This document shows, piece by piece, positions 40,901 to 48,205 of a stretch of DNA of 64,000 bases; the stretch's first letter is position 1, and every line of letters begins with the position of its first letter. The translations under genes were made by a program, and so were the position numbers. The stretch lies in the IMG/VR virus record IMGVR_UViG_3300031695_000001; one strand, given 5' to 3'. The stretch comes from a virus. The notes under the pieces are model-generated. The model was not told where the DNA came from, searched no databases, and saw only the letters and a list, made by a program, of their open reading frames with translations.

Positions 40901-43696
40901 ACAAGTGTTGTTGTTACTGGTGTTGAGCTATTAAGAAGTGAGTATGCATTTACTAATGTTAACGATGTTACTAAAGGATACACTAGAAGTGTTGGAAGAA
41001 TAGCATTTACTACTCCGCCTAAATTAGGCTCAGCAATAACTGTTACATATAACAAAGATATAAATTTGTTAGATGCACAAGATAGAATTAGTTTACTTTA
41101 CAATCCTACTACAGGAATGGTAGGCAAAGACATTGCACAGTTAATGGATGGTATTGATTACGGCGGCGTTGAGATTAAGAGTTTTGGATTTGAAGGAAGT
41201 TCCGGTTTTGATACTGAGCCTTTCTTTACAGAAACGTTTGATACTTATGATAACACATACGAGGATTTAGTATTCCAGCTAGACGGATCAACTGCTACAT
41301 TAACTTGGGACACTCCGTTGTTAAGCGGAGTTACTTATAACGTATATAAAAATAATGTGCGAATTGATGACGCTTATTACAACGATTCATCAATAGCAAC
41401 TAATCCAAATGCTAAAATGCTTAGTATTACTGGAGATGGCGTACTAACTTCGTTAAATTTACAAGACAACGGTGTATCATCAGTAAGTGACGATACGTTT
41501 ATTATTAGAAAAACTACAAGTGACGGTAGCTTTAAGCCAGACACAACATCATACGACACACTGCTTGATGGCGGAACAACATTGTATGATACTGCTAAAG
41601 GTATTGATGCTTCGGAAATAGTTGTTGACGGCGACGGGTTTGTAACTCAGGCTAATAGCAAAGGTCCTGAGGAGTTAGTTCCTGGACAAATATTAGATAC
41701 TTTAGACTTAAAAGTCGTCCATCGTCCAGTTGAAGGCGGCAGTACAATTTACAGTGATGTTCATTGGACAGACGGCACAACGGCTATATTCAAATTAGGC
41801 GGCCATCCAAACTCTGCAGATGCAGTATTTGTAAGACTTGACAATGTTAAAGTTGCACCAAGTTTATATACAGTTGATTATGCAACTAACACAATTACAT
41901 TTGCAACGGCTCCGACTACTAGACAACTGCTAAACACTATTGTTATGGGAGAAGCTGGTCAGAAGATATTAGACATTAACACGTTTAACGGTGACGGCAG
42001 CACAATAGAATTTGTTACTAAAGTAGAATGGCAATCAGACATGACACACTTTGTTAATATTAACGGAGTACTACAAACGGTTACTATTTTCTCAGCAGGC
42101 GATGCCTATGGTGTAGATAAAGGATATACTGGAATTAGATTTAGTACTGCTCCTGCACTAGATGCAGTAATTGATTTTGGATTGTTCTATGCTACTGGTA
42201 CAAACTTTAGCCAAGTTGCAAGTCAATCGTTTGTAGCAGACGGAAGTACTACACAGTATACACTAGCAACTACTCCAATAGGAAGCAATCCTGTTGCAAA
42301 CCAGACTATAGTTAAAGTTAACGGTAGTATTTTAAATGCAGGATACAGTGACAGACATGTTATTAGTGCTAACGTACTACAATACCAATTACAAAATTGG
42401 CAGTTAGGATTAAACACAATCCGCGGCGAGGATATTGAAGTTTATTTAGACGGTATTAAATTAGTTAGAAATATACAATACAAATGGGATTCGGCTAGTA
42501 ACATAGTTAATGTAACAGCTAACGTAGCTACTACTGGACAAATACTTGATGTATTTTTAGTAGCAGATGGTGCATATGCATTTGGTTATGTTGGAGTTGA
42601 TCCAGATGATAGTTCAACTAAGTTTATAGCAACACCGGGCGTAATATATTTTGACACTGCTCCTGCACTTGATGTAACTGTTGAAGTAACAACATTTAGT
42701 AACCATGACATATTAGACATTGAAAGAATCAAATATAATGTTATTAGTCGTACTTCGATAGCAGAAGGAAATGTAGACTTCCAAGAGTATACTTTGTTAA
42801 CTAATGGCTTTGTAAAATTACGCAAGGAAGTAAACGATGCAAGATATGTTTGGGTAATATTAAACGGAACACAGTTAACACCGGCAGTAGATTATTATGT
42901 AACTGAAGATAAGATGCATATTAAGATAGTAAGCACTATTAGTGCAAGTGATATTGTTGAGTTAATACACTTTACTGCTCCGCCGACTAGCCAAAAGTTT
43001 GGATTTAGGCAATTTAAGGATATGCTAAACCGTGTTCACTATAAGCGCATGGACGAAACGAATAAGTATATGTTGAGTCAACCACTTAATTGGTTTGATT
43101 TAAGAATTGAACTTTTGGATGCAAGTGGGTTACCGACACCTAACAAGACTTCAAAAATACCAGGAGTGGTATTTATTAATGGTGAGAGAATTGAGTATTT
43201 TGTGAAACAAGGCAACACTTTGAGACAGTTACGCAGAGGAACGCTAGGAACAGGTGTTAACACCATCTATCCAGCTGGAACTTTAGCTATGGAGCAAAGC
43301 ATTGGCCAAACAATTCCTTACAAAGACGAAACACTTACTCAAATACTTACAGCAGACGGTACGTCTACTGCATATGAGTTAGATTTTATACCTAACAATA
43401 TAAATGAATTTGAAGTATTTGTAGCAGGAAAGCGTTTAAGGAAGAACGCAATAACAATCTTTAACCCAACAGTTGACTTAGATAGTCCAGAGGGTGATGA
43501 AACTTCCGTAGCAGAGTTTAGTGTAGACGGTACTACTAGTACATTAACGCTTACAACTGCTCCTTTAGAGAATCAAAAGATTATTATAATAAGAAAACTA
43601 GGTAAACTTTGGACAGACGTCGGAACTAGCCTTGCTAACCAAGAAAATGACATTGCACGGTTCCTTCGAGCGAAAGTTACGGAGCTAGTCAAATAA
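28928..43696 (+). CDS. Giant (4922 aa) baseplate wedge/adhesin protein at the gp7 position
   Basis: Single uninterrupted ORF after gp6; FG-GAP-like propeller repeats, CBM5/12-like Y..GD.V.Y motifs, GxGY-type beta repeats, C-terminal GERIEY...LRRG.LGT. Confidence 0.75.
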   Translation: MAYNNDQNEYPLPVNGKSNRKSAELLPRYFRTEANTKFLNATLDQLTKPGTAKKLNGYFGRKTANAYTPNDLYIGDISSQRETHQLEPALVSKDILNNVLFYKDYNDFRNQLDILGATVSNESLLNSQEYYAWNPNLDWDKLTNFREYYWLPSGPAPISIFGQNDDVTSTYTVTSVDNAGNKGYVFNGNLTQNPTLELYRGQTYMFDVSAPGLPFTIRTSRQIESDNEYAIGITNSGTDLGTVEFTVPLNAPERLYYVSETDVNTGGTLRIADIESNTSIDVVSDILGKKTYTTANGFSLMNGMKLKFEGTVIPKKYATNTWYVEGVGDKIVLIKDSDLVISQAYSADVEVLFDANDFDNLPYSTASSYAATKDYIVINRASSDKNAWSRNNRWFHKSVLEKTAELNGEVFDIDQSARAKRPVIEFIAGLKLFEFGTEAKTENVNLVDTFTKDAFSTISGADGYSIDGVDVTDGMRILFTADTDLLVNNNIYKVKFIKHNSTVAQIALVDETDTTPINNQVVLITQGTNAGKQYYYNGTSWKLAQYKSSTNQQPLFELFDDYGISYSNATTYPVSNFAGNKIFSYKVGTGKNDVELGFPITYRALENVGDITFDFNLASEKFSYQLDNVPYNKTTEIGFCKTYTDIDSFTYCNGWTKAKTNTVQKVIRQYDVTTVTTDFAIDTYNNSGSLTDLTCAVQVNSAWRFDYTLVDVNGVMTVRFTTAIPAKSSVIIKTNSDTIKNANGYYEFPHAMEKNPQNDKLTSFTLGEVNDHVFSMIEDMPGFTGIFPGPSNLSNLGNVNSYGKKFLQYAGSSNISTYHVTDRDANIIKAIDHSRREYRKFKRSFMQAADTLGYDGPTKQHVDLVLKSVNKDKTNTHPYHFSDMIPFEGSKRLEFTVYDIENTFFSLSETFSLATLSSKAVLVYQNGIQLIHNKDYTFNTDGFVVISATKVKDDLIEIYEFGNTDGSYVPPTPSKLGLYPVFYPAIINDNTYLTTTKVIQGHDGSKTVAYDDYRDELLLELEKRIYNNIKVKYDTTRLDVNDFIPGIDRDTKFTKTQVDAGMMRDFVQWTESLGDVNYTDSSSFYTRDNSFTWNYSNMASWDGKAITGFWRSVYKQAFDTDRPHTHPWEMLGFTIMPTWWETTYGPAPYTSDNLVLWEDLQEGRVKATGVPIEIITKYKRSKLLTHIPVDEFGDLLSPQSAGFTSGFVSENIDASFKFGDEAPAETAWRRSGEYPFSLIKSWILNQPNKVIGLGFDTSRMKKSLSGQWIYTASNKAITPTDIVYPNIITDPAEVLTSGLINYVIEYLTSEATTDVASYKEQFKLVKNQLGIKLGSFTDKEKLKFILDSRTPFNKGNVFLPKENYNIFLNTSSPLTVASYSGVMIELAPSGYIVRGYNSTNPVFTYLDPRSTSTDPNINVGGVSETYLEWTGGQRYVVGSNVQYNNVFFRVKTNHTSTESFESANFQKLAELPMVGGATATYRKAFTTDKIDVPYGTLFKTVQEVVDFILGYGAYLESQGFTFNYYNPESQVVEDWKLSTKEFLYFTTQNWTAGTVLSVSPSATKLEFKASYTTTDDLYNSFYNYSILNANGEKISENLTRLNREDSVFQMQLKDSSEGIYHVILPQVQVEHVAVLDNISDFKDVIYSPATGYRQERIKVLGYVAAGWDGSLNIPGFVFDQAEVTEWASWKDYAIGDVVKYKEFYYSALIEAVGTETFVALSWARLESKPTPKLMPNLDYRVNQFADFYDLDSDNFDAEQQKMAQHLTGYQKRQYLENIINDDVSQYKFYQGMIADKGTRNAIDKLFDSLASADKDSIDFYEEWAIKSAQYGASTGFEEIEYQLDESKFRLEPQPIELVNVVPTATTDLVYRVPHHDVFLKPANYETTRLPTKYLNKEYIKTVGYVTSDDVDRAVTTKAGILNFATTDIDKGAYVWVSTDNQSWDVLKHFNSNLVVNTITQEATTITLNCDKTVDVAIGDIIGLYNVDQIVGTDTVATAVEAFYTVTDVYNNKIEFVSDNNDWEKIGTLTNVNGIITKFTSQRVATLATANDLSTKNLQSLEIIWVDDDDSGKWRVIKNTPVYSQAQTIKSSLSLDSTQHNFGHSIAVNDSNTLLAVGIPNKGNGEVHIFKRSSDANNLVFDQTISAPITYVDVGTSQQFGESVSFSPDGKYLIIGSPYASNVKTAYKGTYVPGNNYNKNDIIKSGPNLFKAVSVIDGAVDAIPYTTFNSYPDLVSETDSTLLNLLQTGNYKLNSKTNTTHLLVRGPKEAYEGSKVGDSIVLKWNSNSNINTQGYDVAVEPFDGQFTPITGAFLTDTHAITAKVENVLHIANFQNLPGVGQTVNSAVASGIVAYVGDSDGAAIVYVSNVNGSFASTGQLSIGSIAVGDYTEDYVDPTAEVGGYWMITTPAYETAADSSNIFTDPGNGLVYQDIIKEGSGRSPNYYYNIQDNITAIGVKASLNDQVSFIESFTYEGDPNEVFAVQNSTKWAIRVPKVLSDTLSNTDQFYLFLDNHSGVVDLTNTAFTFGITNKQHTIYDMWDGYIDFVFDNFSTINQLPFEPAVGDTVRDASSGATAEVVFYKREFNDIRIYVKNVTGTWSLGDNWGQTADIIRSGSPDRTMGEIKATSLGSAVVGKILVINESTNFANVATTELLDKEYWIYDEITLQGIARGANVPSSNNNDWTQVNNIVASNATNASVSGLTEEGMISVYALNEVNQFDINSSYVMPERENHKHFGDEIQITQVDKLYKVAVASGGNDTQSNPGSIHFIKHGSFNTVGSTVETYNWQLDVNPLFRGVFNSTTFYKVGEIVNYLGTMYSANINIASGLAFVASNWTALTATTSHVGYIPSTPEQLVIGEGIYTPEGGIRDFARRFDQDKLGQVLITSTKIQGNDSTGSRAVNVYRQVNGQFTLSQTIEAPYLDVSTDTLTGYADTISISADGTMIAIGEPYNNSVATAQGKVYLYKLTGGTFVLSQTLYSHNNEVAEQFGSAVSFDGNQLAVTSLQGDIDTLTTYDTDTTYFDNKFTNFKNSMMDSGVVYVYERINETLVYAEEFIFDDYSSMAFGKNLLVSNNHVYASMPRMTDYNTYQGMVVDYRKVIGTTAWVTHRSPLDQVDLSNIKSAFLYNTKTNTLIADIDVIDPVQGRIPGIAEQELSFKTYYDPASFNIGNDSVVVDALAGWTKQAVGKLWWDLSAVKYYNYYQNDITYQTNFWGELFPGTSIDVYEWVETEFLPSEWDTIADTEEGIATGISGLSKYGDTAYSEALVWDEVSATSRKTYYYWVLNKKTTPNVESRTMSAQAVQTLIKDPAGSGHKFVALMSKDRFALFNVANSMIDTDVALNIRYWTTANKNQNIHNEYQMISQGVASSKPNKDIERKWFDSLIGYDSKDRIIPDPALSVKTKYGIQDRPRQGMFVNRAEALKQLIERTNDILAKTIIVDEFNITDLVKNDPVPSASTQLYDAVIDTYEDIAFLGIANKTVPTLTPTVVDGKLTQILITASGRGYIDSTYVSGTRKGPKITVTGIGTGAEVECTLNELGQISTVTIVNAGKGYDNSTVLTVRNFTVLVKSDINVSNKWSMYQLVAGKWIRNISQRFDTNLYWNYKDWYATGYNSFTSVVDLITASYQLDGIVNDIGDTVKIENVGSGGWLLLEKIKNEVDVDYTVNYKTVGKQNATIAFTESLYNVNTSKIGFDSNNYDTVFFDAQPVTETRIILETIRDHLFVDNLEVEYNNLFLASVRYAFSEQPNIDWAFKSSFVKAQHNLGKLAQRVTFKNDNLESYQTYINEVKPYKTKVREYVSSYNNTDLTQSIISDFDLPPKYSIADGKIKASSAKASDIAVYGERAVSSYPDKHWFDNVGYQITSVEIGNKGSAYNLPPVIRFEGGGGTGATAKAFLNNGKLSKIQVLTPGSGYISAPTIIVDGGLSNTGTIGNATAILGNGVVRGTKVSFKFDRVSGLPYITTLATTETFVGTGSKFNFDLKWPMDRKTTSTSVVVTGVELLRSEYAFTNVNDVTKGYTRSVGRIAFTTPPKLGSAITVTYNKDINLLDAQDRISLLYNPTTGMVGKDIAQLMDGIDYGGVEIKSFGFEGSSGFDTEPFFTETFDTYDNTYEDLVFQLDGSTATLTWDTPLLSGVTYNVYKNNVRIDDAYYNDSSIATNPNAKMLSITGDGVLTSLNLQDNGVSSVSDDTFIIRKTTSDGSFKPDTTSYDTLLDGGTTLYDTAKGIDASEIVVDGDGFVTQANSKGPEELVPGQILDTLDLKVVHRPVEGGSTIYSDVHWTDGTTAIFKLGGHPNSADAVFVRLDNVKVAPSLYTVDYATNTITFATAPTTRQLLNTIVMGEAGQKILDINTFNGDGSTIEFVTKVEWQSDMTHFVNINGVLQTVTIFSAGDAYGVDKGYTGIRFSTAPALDAVIDFGLFYATGTNFSQVASQSFVADGSTTQYTLATTPIGSNPVANQTIVKVNGSILNAGYSDRHVISANVLQYQLQNWQLGLNTIRGEDIEVYLDGIKLVRNIQYKWDSASNIVNVTANVATTGQILDVFLVADGAYAFGYVGVDPDDSSTKFIATPGVIYFDTAPALDVTVEVTTFSNHDILDIERIKYNVISRTSIAEGNVDFQEYTLLTNGFVKLRKEVNDARYVWVILNGTQLTPAVDYYVTEDKMHIKIVSTISASDIVELIHFTAPPTSQKFGFRQFKDMLNRVHYKRMDETNKYMLSQPLNWFDLRIELLDASGLPTPNKTSKIPGVVFINGERIEYFVKQGNTLRQLRRGTLGTGVNTIYPAGTLAMEQSIGQTIPYKDETLTQILTADGTSTAYELDFIPNNINEFEVFVAGKRLRKNAITIFNPTVDLDSPEGDETSVAEFSVDGTTSTLTLTTAPLENQKIIIIRKLGKLWTDVGTSLANQENDIARFLRAKVTELVK

Positions 43697-43721
43697 ATAC
43701 ACATAGCAGTGAGAGAACAAA

Positions 43722-44327
43722 ATGACAGACAAATTAAATGACACATCAGGAATAAAGGTACAGGGACACATTAAGATTAGTGACCCTGCTACTGGCGAAG
43801 TATATGTTGACAAGCGTAACGCAATTCATTATGAAAACATGAGTCTTGCACTTGCGGAAAGTTTAGCAAATGCTGGCAAAGGAGCCATTTATGAAATGAG
43901 CTTTGGCAACGGAGGAACAAGTGTCGATCCAACAGGGATTATTACTTACTTAACTCCTAACTCAACAGGTACAAATGCTAGTTTGTATAATCAAACATTT
44001 ACTAAAGTTGTAGATGATTTGAGTACAAACAACACAGATCCTGTTAGAAATAAATTAGAAACTAGACACGTAAGTGGTACTAACTACACAGACATAATTG
44101 TAACGTGTTTACTTGATTACGGCGAACCCTCCGGACAAGATGCATTTGATACTGCTACAGATGCAACTAGTACATATGTGTTTGACGAGTTAGGGTTAAA
44201 GAGCTACGATCCTAGTACAACAGGTAAGTTAATTACACATGTAATTTTCCACCCAGTACAAAAATCATTAAACAGACTTATACAAATTGATTATACTGTA
44301 AGAGTCCAAAGTTTGTCAGGAGCATAA
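43722..44327 (+). CDS. Baseplate/tail-fibre attachment protein
   Basis: 201 aa; FDELGL and THVIFHPVQKS motifs; TAAATA at 43694-43699. Confidence 0.6.
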   Translation: MTDKLNDTSGIKVQGHIKISDPATGEVYVDKRNAIHYENMSLALAESLANAGKGAIYEMSFGNGGTSVDPTGIITYLTPNSTGTNASLYNQTFTKVVDDLSTNNTDPVRNKLETRHVSGTNYTDIIVTCLLDYGEPSGQDAFDTATDATSTYVFDELGLKSYDPSTTGKLITHVIFHPVQKSLNRLIQIDYTVRVQSLSGA

Positions 44328-44331
44328 TTAG

Positions 44332-46356
44332 ATGGCATATACTATTAACTTTACAGATTTTACAAACAAAGGTAGCATTACTGTTGAAGATAGCACTTTA
44401 AACGTACAAACTAGTTTAAAGTTTCCAGGCAGAAGTACTACAGCATACGGTACTGCTATTAATGAAAATTTCTTGCACTTACTAGAAAACTTTTCAAATA
44501 CATCAGCACCTAGCAATCCTGTTGAAGGACAAATTTGGTATGATAATACACCAGGCAGTGAACAGTTAAAAGTATATGATGCAACGCAATGGGTAGCATC
44601 TGGTGGATTAAAGAAAGCACTAACAGCACCAGAAGCGGCAAATAGCGTAGTTGGTGATTTGTGGGTCGATACAGACAATCAACAGTTATACTTATTTACA
44701 GGTTCAGGTTGGGTATTAGTAGGGCCAGAATTTAGTGGTGGTCTTAACACTGGCGCACAACCAGTTGAAATAATTGGCCAAGACAATGTTGTTTACAATG
44801 CAGTACAAGTAGAAGTTGCGGCAAAGCCAGTTGCAATAATTTCAGCAGATGCGTTTACTCCTAAAGCAGTAATTAGTGGATTTACTACAATTAGTCCGGG
44901 CATTAACTTAACTACTACAAATATTACAGGTGACGGCGCTCCAAAGTTTGTTGGACCAGCTGATGTTGCAGAAAACTTATTAGTAGGAACTACTAAAGTA
45001 CCTGCGGCAAACTTTTTAAGAAGTGATGCAGTAAGTACAACAAATTATCAAATTAAAATTAAAAATGATTCAGGATTATTATTAGGTAGCGGTAACCAGC
45101 TTGCACTAGAAGTTGAAGGCGAAGCTGGAGTTATTACACATAACACTAGTGGTAGTAATATTGACATCAGAGTTAATAATTCAGGAACAACACAAACAGC
45201 AATCAGAATTGACTCAACTACAAACGTTGGTATTAATAATACTGCTCCGTCAGAAAGTTTAGATGTAACAGGAAATGTTAAATTAAGCGGAAACTTATTA
45301 GTAGACGGAACTACGTCTAGCACAAACTTTGGTAATGGTGCATTAATAGTAGCAGGAGGCGCTGGTATTGCTGGTAATTTAAACGTTGGCGGAACTTTTG
45401 AAGTCGACGGCATTTTAACTACACAAAACCAAGCACCTGATTCTCCTAACGTAAGAAACATCGGTAACTCGGCTAACAAATACTTAGGAATATATGCAAC
45501 TACATTTAACGGAAACTTACTTGGTAACGTAACAGGTACAGTTAGTGGCAGAGCAGGAAGTGCAGATAAACTAGCTAGTAGTACAAACTTCCAAATGACT
45601 GGAGAAGTAATTGCTAACCAGTTAATATTCGATGGACAAACAGGCGGTAGTACAAAAGTATTTACAACTTCAGTTTCAAATGCATTTATTAGTAATAAAA
45701 CAAGCACCAATAACACTGTATCAGATGATGAATTCTTATTAAACAGAACAACAGGAACAACAGGGCTTTATAGAGTTAGCAGAGATACTTTATTAGCTAG
45801 TGTTCCAACTAACCCAACAGGCGTACTAATGCCGTATGCTGGTAGAGTAGCACCTGCACATTGGTTATTATGTGACGGTAGTGAAGTATTACAAGCAGAT
45901 TATCCGTTTTTATACACATTAATTGGGTTTGATTATAAGCAAGCAGACCAACTTAGTGATAGCGGTGTGTTAAAATTTGCATTACCTGATTTAAGAGGTC
46001 GCGGAGCAGTTGGTCTAGATAACATGGGCGGATCGGCAGCAGGCAGAGTAACAGGACTAAGAGGTTCTGAGATTGGTAACAGTGCTGGTACACAAGATGT
46101 TACTATTGGACTTACTAACTTACCAGAACATGAACATGATTTAGTTGTTGAAGGAACACAATTTTACGCAATATTAGATGCGGCAAAGGGTGCAGAAAGT
46201 CCTACTTCATCTATTACATACGATGCTCCAACAGGAAGCGGCCAGGGGCAGGCTGTTTCAACAAGTGGCGGAGTAGCAGGCAGTACGGGCACAGCAATAG
46301 ATACTATGAATCCGTTTATGTCGATGAACTATATTATCTACACTGGAAACATATAA
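44332..46356 (+). CDS. Tail fibre with tail-collar domain
   Basis: PTG.LMPYAG...WLLCDG...F.LPDLRGR collar motif, HEH, NPFMSMNYIIY. Confidence 0.85.
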   Translation: MAYTINFTDFTNKGSITVEDSTLNVQTSLKFPGRSTTAYGTAINENFLHLLENFSNTSAPSNPVEGQIWYDNTPGSEQLKVYDATQWVASGGLKKALTAPEAANSVVGDLWVDTDNQQLYLFTGSGWVLVGPEFSGGLNTGAQPVEIIGQDNVVYNAVQVEVAAKPVAIISADAFTPKAVISGFTTISPGINLTTTNITGDGAPKFVGPADVAENLLVGTTKVPAANFLRSDAVSTTNYQIKIKNDSGLLLGSGNQLALEVEGEAGVITHNTSGSNIDIRVNNSGTTQTAIRIDSTTNVGINNTAPSESLDVTGNVKLSGNLLVDGTTSSTNFGNGALIVAGGAGIAGNLNVGGTFEVDGILTTQNQAPDSPNVRNIGNSANKYLGIYATTFNGNLLGNVTGTVSGRAGSADKLASSTNFQMTGEVIANQLIFDGQTGGSTKVFTTSVSNAFISNKTSTNNTVSDDEFLLNRTTGTTGLYRVSRDTLLASVPTNPTGVLMPYAGRVAPAHWLLCDGSEVLQADYPFLYTLIGFDYKQADQLSDSGVLKFALPDLRGRGAVGLDNMGGSAAGRVTGLRGSEIGNSAGTQDVTIGLTNLPEHEHDLVVEGTQFYAILDAAKGAESPTSSITYDAPTGSGQGQAVSTSGGVAGSTGTAIDTMNPFMSMNYIIYTGNI

Positions 46357-46357
46357 A

Positions 46358-48172
46358 ATGAGCTATAAATTAAACAAAACAGACGGAACATTACTAGTAG
46401 ATTTAATAGATGGGTCGATAGATACAGCTAGTACGTCACTTACTCTAGTAGGTAAAAACTATTCAGGATTTGGTGAAGTTTTAAATGAAAACTACATTAA
46501 ATTATTAGAAAGTTTTTCAAACTCAACTAGTCCACTTAATCCAATTGCTGGACAATGTTGGTGGGATACTTCAGAGGCAAGATTAAAAGTATTTAACGGC
46601 ACACAGTTTAATGCAGTAGGCGGACCGTTTGTAACGGCAGCACAACCTGCAATGGTTGCTGGTGATTTATGGATTAATAACAACGCTGATCAAATGTACT
46701 TTTATGACGGTGCAGGTGATCCTACACTAGCAGGACCAGCATATTCATCACAGCAAGGTAAGTCGGGCTTTATAATAGTATCAAGACTTGATACACAGAG
46801 CAGAAATAGAACATGTGCTGACTTATATGTTGGCGGAACGTTAATGGCTGTAATGAGTGCCATTGAGTTTACTCCTGCAACAGCAATTACTGGTATAACT
46901 GGCAATGTTAAAAAAGGTATTAATGTTATTGATACTAATTCTTCAACAGGATTTACGTATCAAGGAGTTGCAGACAAAGCACTAAACTTAATCAAGGCAG
47001 ATGGTACTTCTGTTAGTGCAGACAGTTTCCTTTCAGCAATAACAGACGGTAGTACAACTGGATCATTGCAAGTATTAAACTCCAACGGTATTACAGTAGG
47101 ACCAAATGCTAACCAGATTATGAAAATAGTCGGTAATAGCTTTGTTACAGAAAATGCTAGAATTGATGATGACTACATTATTAAGGTTACAAGTTCTGCG
47201 GCTGGATCACAAGTTATTGATGCATTACATATTGATGCATCACTAAAGCGCATTGGTATATTCCAAGCTACACCGTTACATACGTTAGACGTTACTGGCG
47301 ATATGCGTGTAACTGGCAATTTAATTGTTGAAGGAGCAAGCGCAAGTATTGATGTATCTACATTAAGAGTTGAAGATAAGCAAATAGAGCTTGCTATTAC
47401 AAGTGATAGTACATTACTAAATGATGCAGGCGTTGATGATGCAGGTATACTAGTTAGAGTAACTGGTGATGATAAGAGTTTTACTTGGAAAAATGCAACT
47501 AAGGCGTGGACTTCATCAGAGCACATGGACATTGTAACAGGCAAGTCATATAAAATTGGCGGAACTGATGTATTATCAGCAACAACACTAGCTAGTTCAG
47601 TAACAAGTGCAACAGGGTTAACAACAATTGGTACACTAGGTGCATTAAGTGTTGATAACATGAATTTAAATGCCGCAACAATTACAACAACGGCACTTGG
47701 ATTAACAATTACTAGTGCTGATACAATTACTATTAGTAATAGTAAAAAAATTACAGGTGTAGGTGCTCCTACAGCTGGAGCAGATGTTGCAAACAAGACT
47801 TATGTAGATCAACAAATTGCTGGATCAAGTATTTCCTTTAGTATGGATATTACTAGTCTTAACGACACGCAAATTGCGTTAGTTATTAATGACCTAGTAC
47901 CAGCAAGTGGGGTATCTAACGGTACAACAGCTAGAATACATGGTACATCACTTACAGGTGCGGCGGTTTCAGGCATTGATGTTAGTGCTGTTCTTACTAA
48001 ATCGTTTGTTACAGTTGATAAAAATGGTACAGAAAACCAGGCAGTCTTACAAGATGTTGGATTTACTAATGCAACAGGTACAGTAACAGTAACAGTTGCT
48101 CGAAGTTTGAAACAGTTTATTACCTCAGGTGGTAATTGGACGTTTGATCAAAACTTGTCTAGTAGCGTTTAA
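46358..48172 (+). CDS. Tail fibre protein
   Basis: Shares the N-terminal NEN..KLLE.F...P..GQ.W.D module with its neighbours; DVANKTYVD. Confidence 0.8.
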   Translation: MSYKLNKTDGTLLVDLIDGSIDTASTSLTLVGKNYSGFGEVLNENYIKLLESFSNSTSPLNPIAGQCWWDTSEARLKVFNGTQFNAVGGPFVTAAQPAMVAGDLWINNNADQMYFYDGAGDPTLAGPAYSSQQGKSGFIIVSRLDTQSRNRTCADLYVGGTLMAVMSAIEFTPATAITGITGNVKKGINVIDTNSSTGFTYQGVADKALNLIKADGTSVSADSFLSAITDGSTTGSLQVLNSNGITVGPNANQIMKIVGNSFVTENARIDDDYIIKVTSSAAGSQVIDALHIDASLKRIGIFQATPLHTLDVTGDMRVTGNLIVEGASASIDVSTLRVEDKQIELAITSDSTLLNDAGVDDAGILVRVTGDDKSFTWKNATKAWTSSEHMDIVTGKSYKIGGTDVLSATTLASSVTSATGLTTIGTLGALSVDNMNLNAATITTTALGLTITSADTITISNSKKITGVGAPTAGADVANKTYVDQQIAGSSISFSMDITSLNDTQIALVINDLVPASGVSNGTTARIHGTSLTGAAVSGIDVSAVLTKSFVTVDKNGTENQAVLQDVGFTNATGTVTVTVARSLKQFITSGGNWTFDQNLSSSV

Positions 48173-48205
48173 CGATAAATATATTATACAAAGGGTTATA
48201 TACAT

